A stretch of DNA of 64,000 bases. It comes from Squalus acanthias. Lineage: Eukaryota. The stretch spans positions 157,606,001 to 157,670,000 of the forward strand of contig CM059431.1 in the NCBI GenBank assembly GCA_030390025.1, written 5' to 3'. Of the stretch, positions 50,901-63,400 are shown in pieces. The stretch's first letter is position 1; each line of letters opens with the position of its first letter. Below the pieces are notes generated by a model. The model did no database searches, was not told the origin of the DNA, and worked only from the letters and a program-made list of their open reading frames with translations. A program made the position numbers and the translations under genes.

Positions 50901-52657
50901 CTCTAGTGGGGGAGGAGCTAAATACGATTAAAATCACTAAGCAATTGGTACTCAGTAAAATAATGGGACTCAAGGCGGATAAATCCCCTGGACCTGATGG
51001 CTTACATCCTAGGGTCTTGAGGGAAGTGGCAGTAGGAATTGTGGATGCTTTGGTAATAATTTTCCAAAACTCCCTGAACTCAGCAAAGGTCCTGGCAGAT
51101 TGGAAAACTGCTAATGTAACACCCTTATTTAAAAAGGGTTGTAGGCAGAAGGCTGGAAATTATAGACCAGTTAGCCTAACATCTGTGGTGGGTAAAATTT
51201 TGGAGTCTATTATTAAGGAGACAGTAACGGAACATTTAGATAAACATAATTTAATAGGACAAAGTCAGCATGGCTTTATGAAGGGGAAGTCATGTCTGAC
51301 AAATTTGCTCTAGTTCTTTGAGGGCATAACGTACAGGGTGGATAAAGGGGAACCAGTGGATGTAGTGTATTTAGACTTCCAGAATGCATTCGACAAGGTG
51401 CCACATAAAAGATTATTACTCAAGATAAAAAAATCACTGGATTGGGGGTAATATTCTGGCATGGGTGGAGCATTGGTTATCTAACGGGAAGCAGAGAGTT
51501 GGGATAAATGGTTCATTCTCGGACTGGTAGCCAGTGGCCAGTGGTGTTCCGCAGGGGTCGGTGCTGGGTCCCCAACTCTTTACGATCTATATTAACGATT
51601 TGGAGGAGGGGACCGAGTGTAACATATCAAAGTTTGCAGATGATACAAAGATGGGAGGGAAAGTAGAGAGTGAGGAGGACATAAAAAACCTACAAGGGGA
51701 TATAGACAGGCTGGGTGAGTGGGCAGAGATTTGGCAGATGCAATACAATATTGGAAAATGTGAGGTTATGCACTTTGGCAGGAAAAATCAGAGAGCAAGT
51801 TATTATCTTAATGGCGAGAAACTGGAAAGTACTGCAGTACAAAGGGATCTGGGGGTCTTGGTGCAAGAAAATCAAAAAGTTAGTATGCAGGTGCAGCAGG
51901 TGATCAAGAAAGCCAATGGAATGTTGGCTTTTATTGCTAGGGGGATAGAATATAAAAACGGGGAGGTATTGCTGCAGTTGTATAGGGTATTGGTGAGACC
52001 GCACCTGGAGTACTGCATACAGTTTTGGTGTCCATACTTAAGAAAAGACATACTTGCTCTCGAGGCAGTACAAAGAAGGTTCAGTCAGTTAATTCTGGGG
52101 ATGAGGGGGTGGACATACGAGGAGAGGTTGAGTAGATTGGGACTCTACTCATCGGAGTTCAGAAGAATGAGAGACGATCTTATTGAAACATATAAGATTG
52201 TGAAGGGGCTTGATCGGGTGGACGCGGTGAGGATGTTCCCAATGATGGGTGAAACTAGAACTTGGGGACATAATCTTAGAATAAGGGGCTCCTCTTTCAA
52301 AACTGAGATGAGGAGAAACTTTTTCACTCAGAGGGTAGTGGGTCTGTGGAATTTGCTACCCCAGGAAGCTGTGGAAGCTACTTCATTAAATAAATTTAAA
52401 ACAGAAATAGACCGTTTCCTAGAAGTAAAGGGAATCAGGGGTTACGGGGAGCGGGCTGGAAATTGGACATAAGTTTGAGTTCGGATCGGTCAAGGCCCTG
52501 TGGGTGGCGGAGCAGGCCCAGGGGCCGAGTGGCCTGGTCCTACTCCTACTTCTTGTGTTCTTTAGAGTTGAGGTTGGATCAGATCAGCCATGATCTCATT
52601 GAATGGCGGAGCAGGCTCGAGGGGCCGATTGGTCTACTCCTGCTCCTATTTCTTATG
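47981..52657 (+). mobile_element. Full-length CR1 LINE copy B (5'UTR, ORF1 from ATG 48619, ORF2 49566-52472, double tail), disabled
   Basis: CpG-rich 5'UTR; Zn-finger plus SGNH ORF1 (GDSIVRG, VHIGTND, DGLH); endonuclease and RT with stops and frameshifts. Confidence 0.95.
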
Positions 52658-52937
52658 TATAAAAGCTGGTGCTTGTGTGAGATGTGGACTGCTGTCTTAT
52701 TAACTGCTGTTGTTGTATTAAACCCTATTGATTTCATTCTTGACTGGTCCACATGTAATGCTGTTGTGTATCACTTTATTGCACTTTATTTCACTTCACT
52801 TCACTTCAAGACTGTCAGTGAGATACTGAAAAATGTCTTTGTGGTTCTTTGCATACATTTTATTCCACTCTACCCAAATCAAGACAAGGCAGGCAGGCAA
52901 TGAGAGAGACAAATGAAATTAAAACAGGCAGAATAGA

Positions 52938-53185
52938 AATCAAAACAGAGAATGCTGGAAATACTCAGCAGGTCAGGCAGCGTATGTGGAGAGATGAAGA
53001 TGCATAGTTAACATTTCAGTTCGATGACCGGTCGTCAGAACCTTGCCAGAATCTGACGAAAGGTCATCAAGCTGAATTAACTCTGTTTCTCTCTCTCTCT
53101 CTCTCTCCACAGATGCTGCCTGACCTGCTGAGTATTTGCAACATTTTTTGTTTTAATTTTAGAATTCCAGCATCAGCAGAATTTT
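52938..53185. mobile_element. Penelope-derived inverted tail repeat; a half copy lies at 47880-47980
   Basis: aatactcagcaggtcaggcagc is inverted against gctgcctgacctgctgagtatt; degenerate ctgacgaaaggtc core; same tail as 43410-43515. Confidence 0.75.
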
Positions 53186-53799
53186 GCTTTTGATGCAGAA
53201 TAGAAAGCCTAATTTTGTAGGCCGCAAAATGAAAAATTAAGATAATGGAAAGTGTTTTTTTTACTTTTAAACTGCCAAACACAGCACAGCAATGAGAGAA
53301 ATTAACTTTCCAGACCGCACTGCTGTGGGATCTTACTTTGCCTTTCTTTAAGACTTGTAAAAATCAAAGCTACATAAAGACAACAAGCCATTTGATTTTT
53401 TTCTGGACTGGTCTTTATCGGGGAATATTTGTGGGATATGTCAGAGCATATCCTGCTGTGGGACCTTACTCTCCCATTAATTCCCAAAAAACTAAGACAA
53501 GGCAGGACTTTTGTAAAAACAAAGTATATATATATATATATATATTGTGTATGTTATATTTATTTTATTTTCAGAATAATTTAATTGCTGTTTTTCTGGA
53601 CTGGGCTCTTTTGGGGAATGTCTGTCGAGTGTTTTCAGAGCAAAAGCTACTGTGGGATCTTTCCATTCATCTTATACCGCTCCACTCAAATCACAGAATG
53701 CAGACATTTCATTTACAGAAGTAAAGAACATATGTTATTATTAATATTATTCTTGATTTTATTTGCTTCTTTTCACCCTCCCTCCGTGCCCATATCCTG

Positions 53800-55328
53800 G
53801 GGCATCAATCATAGTAGAAGCATTGCTGGTCATCTTTCAAAATTCGATAGACTCTGGAACAGTTCCCATGGATTGGAGGGTAGCTAATGTAACCCCGCTA
53901 TTTAAAAAAGGAGGTAGAGAAAAAATGGGGAATTATAGACGGGTAAGCCTGACATCGTGGGAAAGATGCTAGTGTCCATTATAAAAGATGTAATAGCAGA
54001 GCACTTGGAAAACAGTGACAGGATCGGTCAAAGTCAACATGGATTTACAAAAGGTAAATCATGCCTGATAAAACTTCTGGAATTTTTTGAGGATGTAACT
54101 GGTACAATAGATAAGGGAGAACCAGTGGATGTGGTTTATTTGGACTTTCAGAAGGCTTTCGATATGGTCCCGCATAAGAGATTAGCGTACAAAGTTAAAG
54201 CACATGGGATTGGGGGTAAGGTACTGATTTGGATAGAGAACTGGTTGGCAGACAGGAAGCAAAGAGTTGGAATAAACGGGTCTTTTTCCGAGTGGCAGGC
54301 AGTGACTAGTGGGGTACTGCAGGGATCGGTGCTAGGACACCAGCTATTCACAATATATATTAATGATCTAGACGAGGGAACTAGATGTGATATCTCTAAG
54401 TTTGCAGATGACACAAAGCTGGGTGGGCGTGTGTGCTGTGAGGAGGATGCAGAGAAACTCTAGTATGATTTGGACAGCTTGGGTGATTGGGCATATGCAT
54501 GGCAGATGCAGTATAATGTGGATAAATGCAAGGTTATCCACTTTGGTGGCAAAAACAGGAAGACAGATTATTATCTGAACGGCAATAGATTGGGAAAAGG
54601 GGAAGTGCAACGAGGTCTGGGAGTCCTTGTGCATCAGTCGCTGAAGGTAAGCATGCAGGTGTAGCAGGTTAAGAAGGCAAATGGTATGTTGGCCTTGATA
54701 GCGAGAGGATTCGAGTACTGGAGGAAGGATGTCTTGCTGCAGTTGTACAGCGCCTTGGTGAGAGCACACCTTGAGTATGGTGTGCAGTTTTGTTCGACTT
54801 ATCTGAGGAAGGGTGTTATTGCCATGGAGGGAGTGCAGCGAAGATTTACCAGACTGATACCTGGGATGGCAGGAATGACGTATGAAGAGAGATTGGCTCG
54901 ATTAGGCTTATATTCGCTAGAGTTTAGAAGAATGAGAGGGATCTCATTGAAACTCATAAAATTCTAACAGGACCAGACAGACTAGATGCAGGAAGGATGT
55001 TCCCGATGGCAGGGGAGTCCAGATCCAGAGGTCACAGTCTAAGGATAAGGGGTAAGCCATTTAGGACTGAGATGAGGAGGAATTTCTTCAACCAGAGAGT
55101 GGTGAACCTTTGGAATTCTCTACCACAGAAGGCAGTTGAGGCCAATTCATTAAATATATTCAAGCAGGAGATAGATATATTTCTTAAGGCTAAAGGGATC
55201 ACAGGATATGGGGAGAAAGCAGGGACAGGGTACTGAATTTGGATGAAAAGCCATGATCTCATTAAATGGCGGAGCAGGCTCGAGGGGCCGAATGGCCTAC
55301 TCCTGCTCCTATCTTCTATGCCTCTATG
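53800..55328 (+). mobile_element. 5'-truncated CR1, same subfamily as 1075-2528
   Basis: Shared diagnostic peptides GGRVCCEEDAEKL and YGEKAGTGY; standard tail. Confidence 0.92.
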
Positions 55329-55961
55329 GGTTGACCAGGGCTTTGTACAGTTGTAGCCTTACTTCTACCCCCTTGTATTATAGTCTTCTAGATATAAAGG
55401 CCAACATTCCATTAGCCTTTTACATTATTTCTGTTTTACTGATCTATGTGCATGGACCAAATCCCCAAGTCTCTTTGGCCCTCCACTGTTTCTAGCTTTC
55501 CACCATTTAGAAAGTACTATCCTCTTTTATCCTTTTTATGTCCAATGTGAATGACCTCGCATTTGCAACAGTCAGGAGACTTTTAATGGTAGGTATTTGT
55601 AACTGTTCTGGAAGTTTGTTAAGTATATTGCAGGCTCCGGTCTCCCCATCAGATCACATTGTCTACTGCCCCAATTGAACCCTGACCTCTCTGCTGATAA
55701 GTGTTCTAATGATGGAGGCAGGAGGAACTTGAGTTGTCAAAGTGATGTTTGGCATCTCTGTTTAAGGATAGTTACTGAAAATGAAAATGTATTGTTGAAA
55801 AATGAAGGTTGTTCTTGTGACTAAACAACGAGGAGCAACAATATTGATATTCTGGTCTCAATCAGTCTTCCTAATGGTGTAAAGCCGGTGTTCTGCTGAA
55901 CCTCTGCAGGTCCTTCTAAAGCATATTTGGTGAGCGCCGTCTTAGTTCCTGGACACACATT

Positions 55962-56702
55962 GGCCCAGAAATTGTTCTCGCTCTGTTCCCGCGGGGGTAA
56001 GGCTTCCCCGCGATCTCTCACTCCGCGTGTGCTTTTTCAGATCCAGCTCGCACGAACTTGATGTTCCAGACATCAGCTGGGCAGTGCTTGCGTATCCCAC
56101 CAGCGTAGTGAATTTGTGCGAGCTGTGGGATCACGTGACTCAGTTAGAGCCAATGGCAGCACACCATCTTCCATTCATAAGTTTCACATACGTGCGGTGA
56201 AATCTATGAATCTTACACCCCCCCAAAATAACAGCTAAACCTCAATTAAATTAAAAAAAATAACCATCACATTAATAAAATAAGTATAGTTAAATAAATT
56301 AACCATTTTAAATAAAAAATTAAATTTTTGAAAAAATTTAAAATCTTTTAAAAAGTTATAAAAATAAACTTACCTGTCTTTAAAGTCTCTAAAAAAGATA
56401 TACCTGTTAAAAATTCAAAAAAATACTTAATTCACTACTTACCTTGTTAAAAGTGGGTCTTACTCCTCCTTTTTCCATTTCTAAAATCTTCCGTACTTAC
56501 CTGCGCGTCCAAAGCACGAAGTGCACAGCGTGCGCGCAGCCTGTAGCGCGCACGCGATGCACCGAGGAACCGCCCCCTTTTCAAAAGACCAAGTGCCGGT
56601 TTTCAGCGCATGCGCAGGGCATGCAGAAAACCGGCAATTGGAGAGAGAATACGCGAGAGTACGCAGTGCGTACTCTCGCGTCGCAGGATGAATTTTTGGC
56701 CC
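55962..56702. mobile_element. Non-autonomous DNA transposon (Harbinger/PIF-like MITE)
   Basis: Termini ggcccagaaatt and aatttttggccc (10/12 inverted match); 3-bp TSD ATT; no coding capacity. Confidence 0.55.
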
Positions 56703-57154
56703 ATTGTTCCAACTCATTGAGAATATGTCACCAGTTTGAATCAGTAACTCGTTGTTCACAGGTGATCTACCCTCACATTCCGGTGTGTATAACAAGGGGT
56801 GGGAACAAGGTCTGAATGGAATGAAAGGCGAGGATGAACAGCCAGATCTCTGGATTTAAAGACTTAATTCCCTGACAGTACGGGTACAGAGAGTAAATCC
56901 AAAATAAAAGCAGCAGGGATTCGAGTTTAATAAGTGGGACATGGAGCGCAACAGCAACAAGTAATAATGCATTTGGGCAAGGCTTTGATTCGGCCACAGT
57001 TAGAACACGAGCTGCAGCTTTGGCCGCCTCATTATAATTCAACCCAAAGAGAGGCACTCCCCAGAATGCTGTCAACGTCCTGCGGAGTCTCTCCGTTCCA
57101 CTCCAGGGACCGTAATGTCCTCACTGAGTTACACAGTGCGGCTCTACTAATAAC

Positions 57155-59410
57155 GGCAGCGGTAGTGTAGTGGTAATGTCACTGGGCTAGTAATCCAGAG
57201 ACCTGGACTAATGATCCAGGAGACGTGAGTTCAAATCCCACCACGGCAGCTGGGGAATTTAAATTCAGTTAATTAAATAAATCTGGAATAAAAAAAACTA
57301 GTATCAGTAATGATAACCATGAAACTATCGGATTGTCGTAAAAACCCATCTGGTTCATTCATTTCTTTTAGGGAAGGAAATCTGCCGTCCTTACCTGGTC
57401 TGGCCGATATGTGACTCCAGACCCACAGCAATGTGATTGATTCTTAACTGCCCTCAGTTGTAACTTACCGCTACGAAACAAAATAACAAGAATGAAACTG
57501 GACAAACCACCCGGCATCGAACTCGGCACTGGCTCCGTACACGGCAATGGCACACCCAGCCCATTCGACCTGCAAAGTCCTCCTCACCAACATCTGGGGA
57601 CTTGTGCCAAAATTGGGAGAGGTGTCCCACAGACCAGTCAAGCAACAGCCTGACATGGTCATACTCTCAGAATCATACCTTTCAGCCAATGTCCCAAACT
57701 CCTCCATCACTATCACTGGGTATGTCCTGCCCCACCAGGGGTGGTGGCACCGTGGTATACAGTCGGGAAGGACTGGCCCTGGGAGTCCTCATCATTGACT
57801 CCGGGCAAGCGGAACATCCTGCTGATTACCACCTACCGCCCTCCCTCAGCTGATCAATCAGTACTCCGCCATGTTGAACATCACTTGGAAGAAGCACTGA
57901 ATGTACTCTGGGTGGGGGACTTCAATGTCCATCACCAAGATGTGGCTCGGTAGCACCACTACTGACCGAGCTGGCCGAGTCCTGAAGGACATAACTGCCA
58001 GTCTGGACCTGCGACAGGTGGAGAGAGAACCAACATGAGGTGAAAACCTACTTGACCTCGTCCTCACCAATCTACCTGTCGCAGATGCATCTGTCCATGA
58101 CAATATTGGTAGCAGTGACCACCGTACAGTCATCGTGGAGATGAAGTCCCGTCTTCACACATGAGGACACCCTCCATCGTGTTGTCTGGCACCACCACCG
58201 TGCTAAATGGGATATGATTCAGAACAGATCTAGCAGCTCGAAACTGGGCATCCATGAGGTGCTGTGGGGCAGCAGCAGAATTGTATTCCAACCGCAATCT
58301 GTAACCTCATGGCCCGGCATATCCCTCACTCTAACATTACCATCAAGCCAGGGGACCAACCCTGGTTCAATAAGGAATGTAGAAGAGCACACCAAGAGCA
58401 GCACCAGGCGTACCTAAAAATGAGGTGCCAATATGGGGAAGCTGCAACAAAGGACCACATGCATGCTAAAAAGCGGAGGCAGCATGCTATAGACAGGGCT
58501 AAGCGATCCCACAATCAACGGATCTGATCAAAGCTCTGCAGTCCTGCCACATCCAGTCATGAATGGTGGTGGACCATTAAACAACTAACGGGAGGAGGAG
58601 GCACCATGAATATTCCCATCCTCAATGATGGTGGAGCCCAGCACATGAGTGCAAAAGACAAGGCTGAAGTGTTTGCAACCACCTTCAGCCAGAAGTGCCG
58701 AGTGGATGATCCATCTCGGCCTCCTCCTGAGGTCCCCACCATCACAGAAGCCAGTCTTCAGCCAATTCGATTCACTCCACGTGATATCAAGAAATGGCTG
58801 AGCGCACTGGATACAGCAAAGGCTGTTGGCCCCGACAACATCCCGGCTATCGTGCTGAAGGCTTGTACTCCAGAACTAGCCGCGCCTCTAGCCAAGCTGT
58901 TCGAAACAACAGCTAAAACACTGGCATCTATCCGACAATGTGGAAAACTGCCCAGGTATGTCCTGTCCACAAAAAGCAGGACAAATCCAATCCGGACAAT
59001 TACCGCCTGATCAGTCAACTCTCAATCATCAGCAAAGTGATGGAAGGTGTCATCATACCTAGCACAAAGGAAGATGGTTGTGGTGGTTGAAGGTCTATCA
59101 TCACAACTCCAGAGCATCGTGGCTGGAATTCCTCAGGGCAGTCTCCTAGGCCCAATCATCTTCAGCTGCTTCATCAATGACCTTCCCTCCAACATAAGTT
59201 CAGGAATTGGGATGTTTTCTGATGATTCCACAGTGTTCAGTGCCATTCACAACTCCACAGATAATGAAGCAGTCCATGCCCGCATGCATCAAGACCTGGA
59301 CGACGTGGAGGATTGGGCTGATAAGTGGCAGGTAACATTTGCACCACAGAAGTGCCAGGCAATGACTATCTCCAACAAGCGAGAGTCTAACCAGCACCCC
59401 TTGACATTCA
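57155..59410 (+). mobile_element. CR1/L2-group LINE with a tRNA-like head and a single APE-RT ORF (decayed, internally deleted, 3' interrupted)
   Basis: A box tagtgtagtgg at 57163 and B box gttcaaatccc at 57229; TNIWGL, ILSESYL, YRPPS, VGDFN, GPDNIP, PQGSLLGP and FSDD motifs. Confidence 0.8.
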
Positions 59411-60463
59411 TGCGAACATACGAATTAGGAGCAGGAGTAGGCCACTCGGCCCTTCGAGCCTGCTCCGCCATTCAATAAGATCATGGCTGATCTGATTACT
59501 CCACATTCCTGCCTACCCCCGATAACTTTTCACCCCCTTGCTTACCAAGAATCTATCTACCTCTGCCTTAAACATATTCAAAAACTCTGCTTCCACCGCC
59601 CTCTGAGGAAGAGAGTTCCAAAGACTCACGACCCTCGGAGAAAAAATGTATCCTCATCTCTGTCTTAAATGGGCGAACCCTTATTTTTAAACAGTGACGC
59701 CTTGTTCTAGATTCTCCCACCAGAGGAAACATCCTCTCCACATCCACCCTGTCCAGACCCCTCAGGATCTTATATGTTTCAATCAAGTCACCTCTTACTC
59801 TTCTAAACTCCAGCGGATACAAGCCTAGCCTGTCCAACCTTTCCTCATAAGAGAACCCGCCCATTCCAGGTATTAGCCCAGCAAACCTTCTCTGAACTGC
59901 TTCCAGCGAATTTACATCCTTCCTTAAATAAGGAGACCAAAACTGTACACAGTACTCCAGATGTGGTCTCACCAGTGCCCTGTATAACTGAAGCATAACC
60001 TCCCTACATTTGTATTCAATTCCCCTCACAATAAACGATAACATTTTATTAGTTTTCCTAATTACTTGCTCTACCTGCATAGTAACCTTTTGCGATTCAT
60101 GCACTAGGACACCCAGATCCCTCTGCATCTCAGAGCTCTGCAATCTCTCACCATTTAGATAATATGTTTCTTTTTTATTCTTCCTGCCAAAATGGACAAC
60201 TTCACATTTTTTACATTATACTCCATTTGCCAGATCTTTGCCCACTCACAACCTATCTATATCTCTTTTTAGCCTCCTTATGGCCTCTTCACAATTTACT
60301 TTCCAACCTATCTTTGTGTCATCAGCAAATTTAGCAACCATACCTTCGGTCCCTTCATCCAAGTCATGTATATAAATTGTAAAAAGTTGAGGCCCCAGCA
60401 CTGATCTCTGTGGCACACCACTCGTTACATCTTGCCAATCGGAAAATGACCCATTTATGCCTA
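59410..60463 (-). mobile_element. CR1 3' part, inserted in the tRNA-headed LINE and abutted by another CR1
   Basis: KFADD and RT C-terminus (ORF 59568-60143); tail at 59410-59495. Confidence 0.88.
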
Positions 60464-63400
60464 CATAAGAACATAAGAAATAGGAGCAGGAGTAGGCCAA
60501 TTGTCCCCTCGAGCCTGCTCCGCCATTCAATAAGATCATGGCTGATCTGATCCTAACCGCCAATCTACTATCACAGAACCATCTCCTGAACCTAACAGAA
60601 TTGGACACACGAAATAGGAGCAGAATCAGGCTACACGGCCCCTGGGCCCGCTACGCTACCCACAGGGCCATGACCGATCCGAACCTAGACTTATGTCCAA
60701 ATTCCTGCCCGCTCCCTGTAACCATTAATTCCTTTTACTTCTAGGAAACTGTCTATTTCTGTTTTAAATTTATGTAATGATGTAGCTTCTACAGCTTTTT
60801 GGGGCAGCATATTCCATGGACCTACTACCCTCTGAGTGAAGTAGTTCCTTCTCATCTCAGTTTTGAAAGAGCAGCCCCTTATTCTAAGACTATGCCTTCT
60901 AGTTTCACCCATCATCGGGAACATCCTCCCCTCATCCACCCGATCCAACCCCTTCACAATATTATATGTTTCAATAAGATTGCCTCTCATTCTTCTGAAC
61001 TCCAATGAGTAGAGTCCCAATCTACCCAACCTCTCCTCATATGTCCATCCCCGGGATTAACCGAGTGAACCTTCTTTGTACTGACTCGAGAGCAAGTATG
61101 TATTTTCTTAAGTATGGACAACAGAACTGTATGCAGTATTCCAGGTGCGGTCTCACCAATACATTGTACAACTGAAGCAATACCTCCCTATTTTTATATT
61201 CTATCCCCTTAGCAATGAAAGCCAACATTCCATTGGCCGCCTTAATCACTTGCTGCACCTGCATACTAACCTTTTGTGTTTCGTGCACCAGGACCCCCAG
61301 ATCCCTTTGTACTTCAGTACTTTCCAGTTTCTTACCATTTAGATAATAACTTGCTCTACTATTTTTCCTGCCAAAGTGCATAACCTCACACTTTCCCATA
61401 TTGTATTCCATCTGCCAAATCTCTGCCCACTTACTTAGCCTGTCTATGTCCCCTTGCAGATTTTTTATGTCCTCCTCACTCACTACTTTCCCTCCCATCT
61501 TAGTATCATCTGCAAACTTTGATATGTTACACTCGGTCCCCTCCTCCAACTCGTTAATATAGATTGTAAAGAGTTGGGGACCCAGCACTGACCCCTGCAG
61601 AACACCACTAGTTACTGATTGCCAGTCTGAGAATGAACCATTTATCCCAACTCTCTGCCGTCTGTTAGATAGCCAATCCTCTATCCATGCCAGAATATTA
61701 CCCCCAATCCCGTGATTTTTTATCTTAAGCAATAATCTTTTGTGGCACCTTGTCAAACGCTTTTTGGAAGTCTAAATACACCACATCCACTGGTTCCCCT
61801 TTATCCACCCTGTGTGTTACTTCCTCAAAGATCTCCAGCACATTTGTCAAACATGAATTCCCCTTCATAAAACCATGCTGACTTTGTCCTATTAAATTAT
61901 GATTATCCAAATGTCCGTTACTGTCTCCTTAATAATGGACTCCAAAATTTTACCTACCACAGATGTTAAGGCTAACTGGTCTATAGTTTCCAGCCTTCTG
62001 TCTACTGCCCTTTTTAAATAACGGTGTTACATTAGCAGTTTTCCAGTCTGCCGGGATCTTTGCTGAGTCCAGGGAGTTTTGGAAAATTATTACCAATGCA
62101 TCCACAATCCCTACCGCCACTTCCCTCAAGACCCTAGGATGTAAGCCATCAGGTCCAGGTGATTTATCCGCCTTGAGTCCCATTATTTTACCGAGTACCA
62201 CTTCCTTAGTGATTTTGATCGTGTTTAGCTCCTCCCCACCTATAGCCCCCTGTTTGTCCAGTGTTGGGATATTCTTAGTGTCCTCTACTGTAAAGACTGA
62301 TACAAAACATTCAGTGTATTTGCCATCTCCATATTTCCCACCATTAATTTCCCGGTCTCATCCTCTAAGGGACCAACATTTACTTTAGCCACCCTTTTTC
62401 TTTTTATATAACTATAAAAACTCTTGCTATCTGTTTTTATATTTTTTGCTAATTTACTTTTATAATCTATCTTCCCTTTCTTATTCAATCTTTGTTATTT
62501 TTTGCTGTCTTTTAAAGTTTTCCCAATCCTCTATCCTCCCACTAGATTTGGCTACCTTATAAGCCCTTGTTTTTAGTCGAATATTAGCCTTAATTTCTTT
62601 ACTTAGCCATGGATGACTGTCTTTTCTTTTACACCCTTTTCTTCTCAGTGGAATATATATTTTTTGGACGTTGTAAAATAACTCCTTAAATGTACACCAC
62701 TGATCATGTATCGTCTTACCCTTTAATCTATTTTCCCAATCCACTCTACTCAATTCCGCTCGCATACCTTCATAGTCTCCTTTATTCAAGCTTAGCACAC
62801 TTGTTTGAGATCCAACCTTCTCACCCTCTAATTGAATATGGAATTCAACCATGTTATGGTCACTCATTCCAAGGGGATCCTTTACTAGGACATTTTTAAT
62901 TAATCCTGTCTCGTTACACAGGACCAGATCTAAGGTTGCTTGCCCCCTGGTCGGTTCAGTTGCATACTGCTCAAGAAACCAATCCCTAATACACTCAATT
63001 AACTCATCTTCAAGGCAGCCCTGCCCAATTTGATTTGTCCAATTAATAGGATAGTTAAAATCCCCCATAATTAAAGATGTTCCCTTATTACAAGCCTCAA
63101 CTATTTCCTGATTGATACTCCGTCCAACAGAGTTGCAACTGTTCGGAGGCCTATAGACTACGCCCACTAGTTGTTTTTCCCCCCTTATTATCCCTTATCT
63201 CCACCCAAACTGTTTCATTATCCTGATCTTTTGACCCAATATCATTTCTCTGTATTACAGTGATTCCTTCCTTCATTAACATAGCCACCCCACCTCCCCT
63301 TCCTTCCTGCCTGTCCTTCCTGATCGTTAAATAACCTGGTATGTTTAATTCCCAGGCATTGTCACCCTGCAGCCATGTTTCTGTAATGGCCACAAGATCA

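Larger units (their letters stand above)
46215..53790. repeat. Old diverged tandem duplication (46215-47130, 47250-47980, 52660-53790) interrupted by CR1 copy B
   Basis: Matching blocks: 46225/47262, 46300/47490, 47570/52660, 46700/53325 and 46920-47130/53565-53790. Confidence 0.75.

Noticed and set aside
57155..57245. Functional tRNA gene
   Set aside because: A and B boxes are present but there is no convincing cloverleaf, and it is joined to a retroelement.
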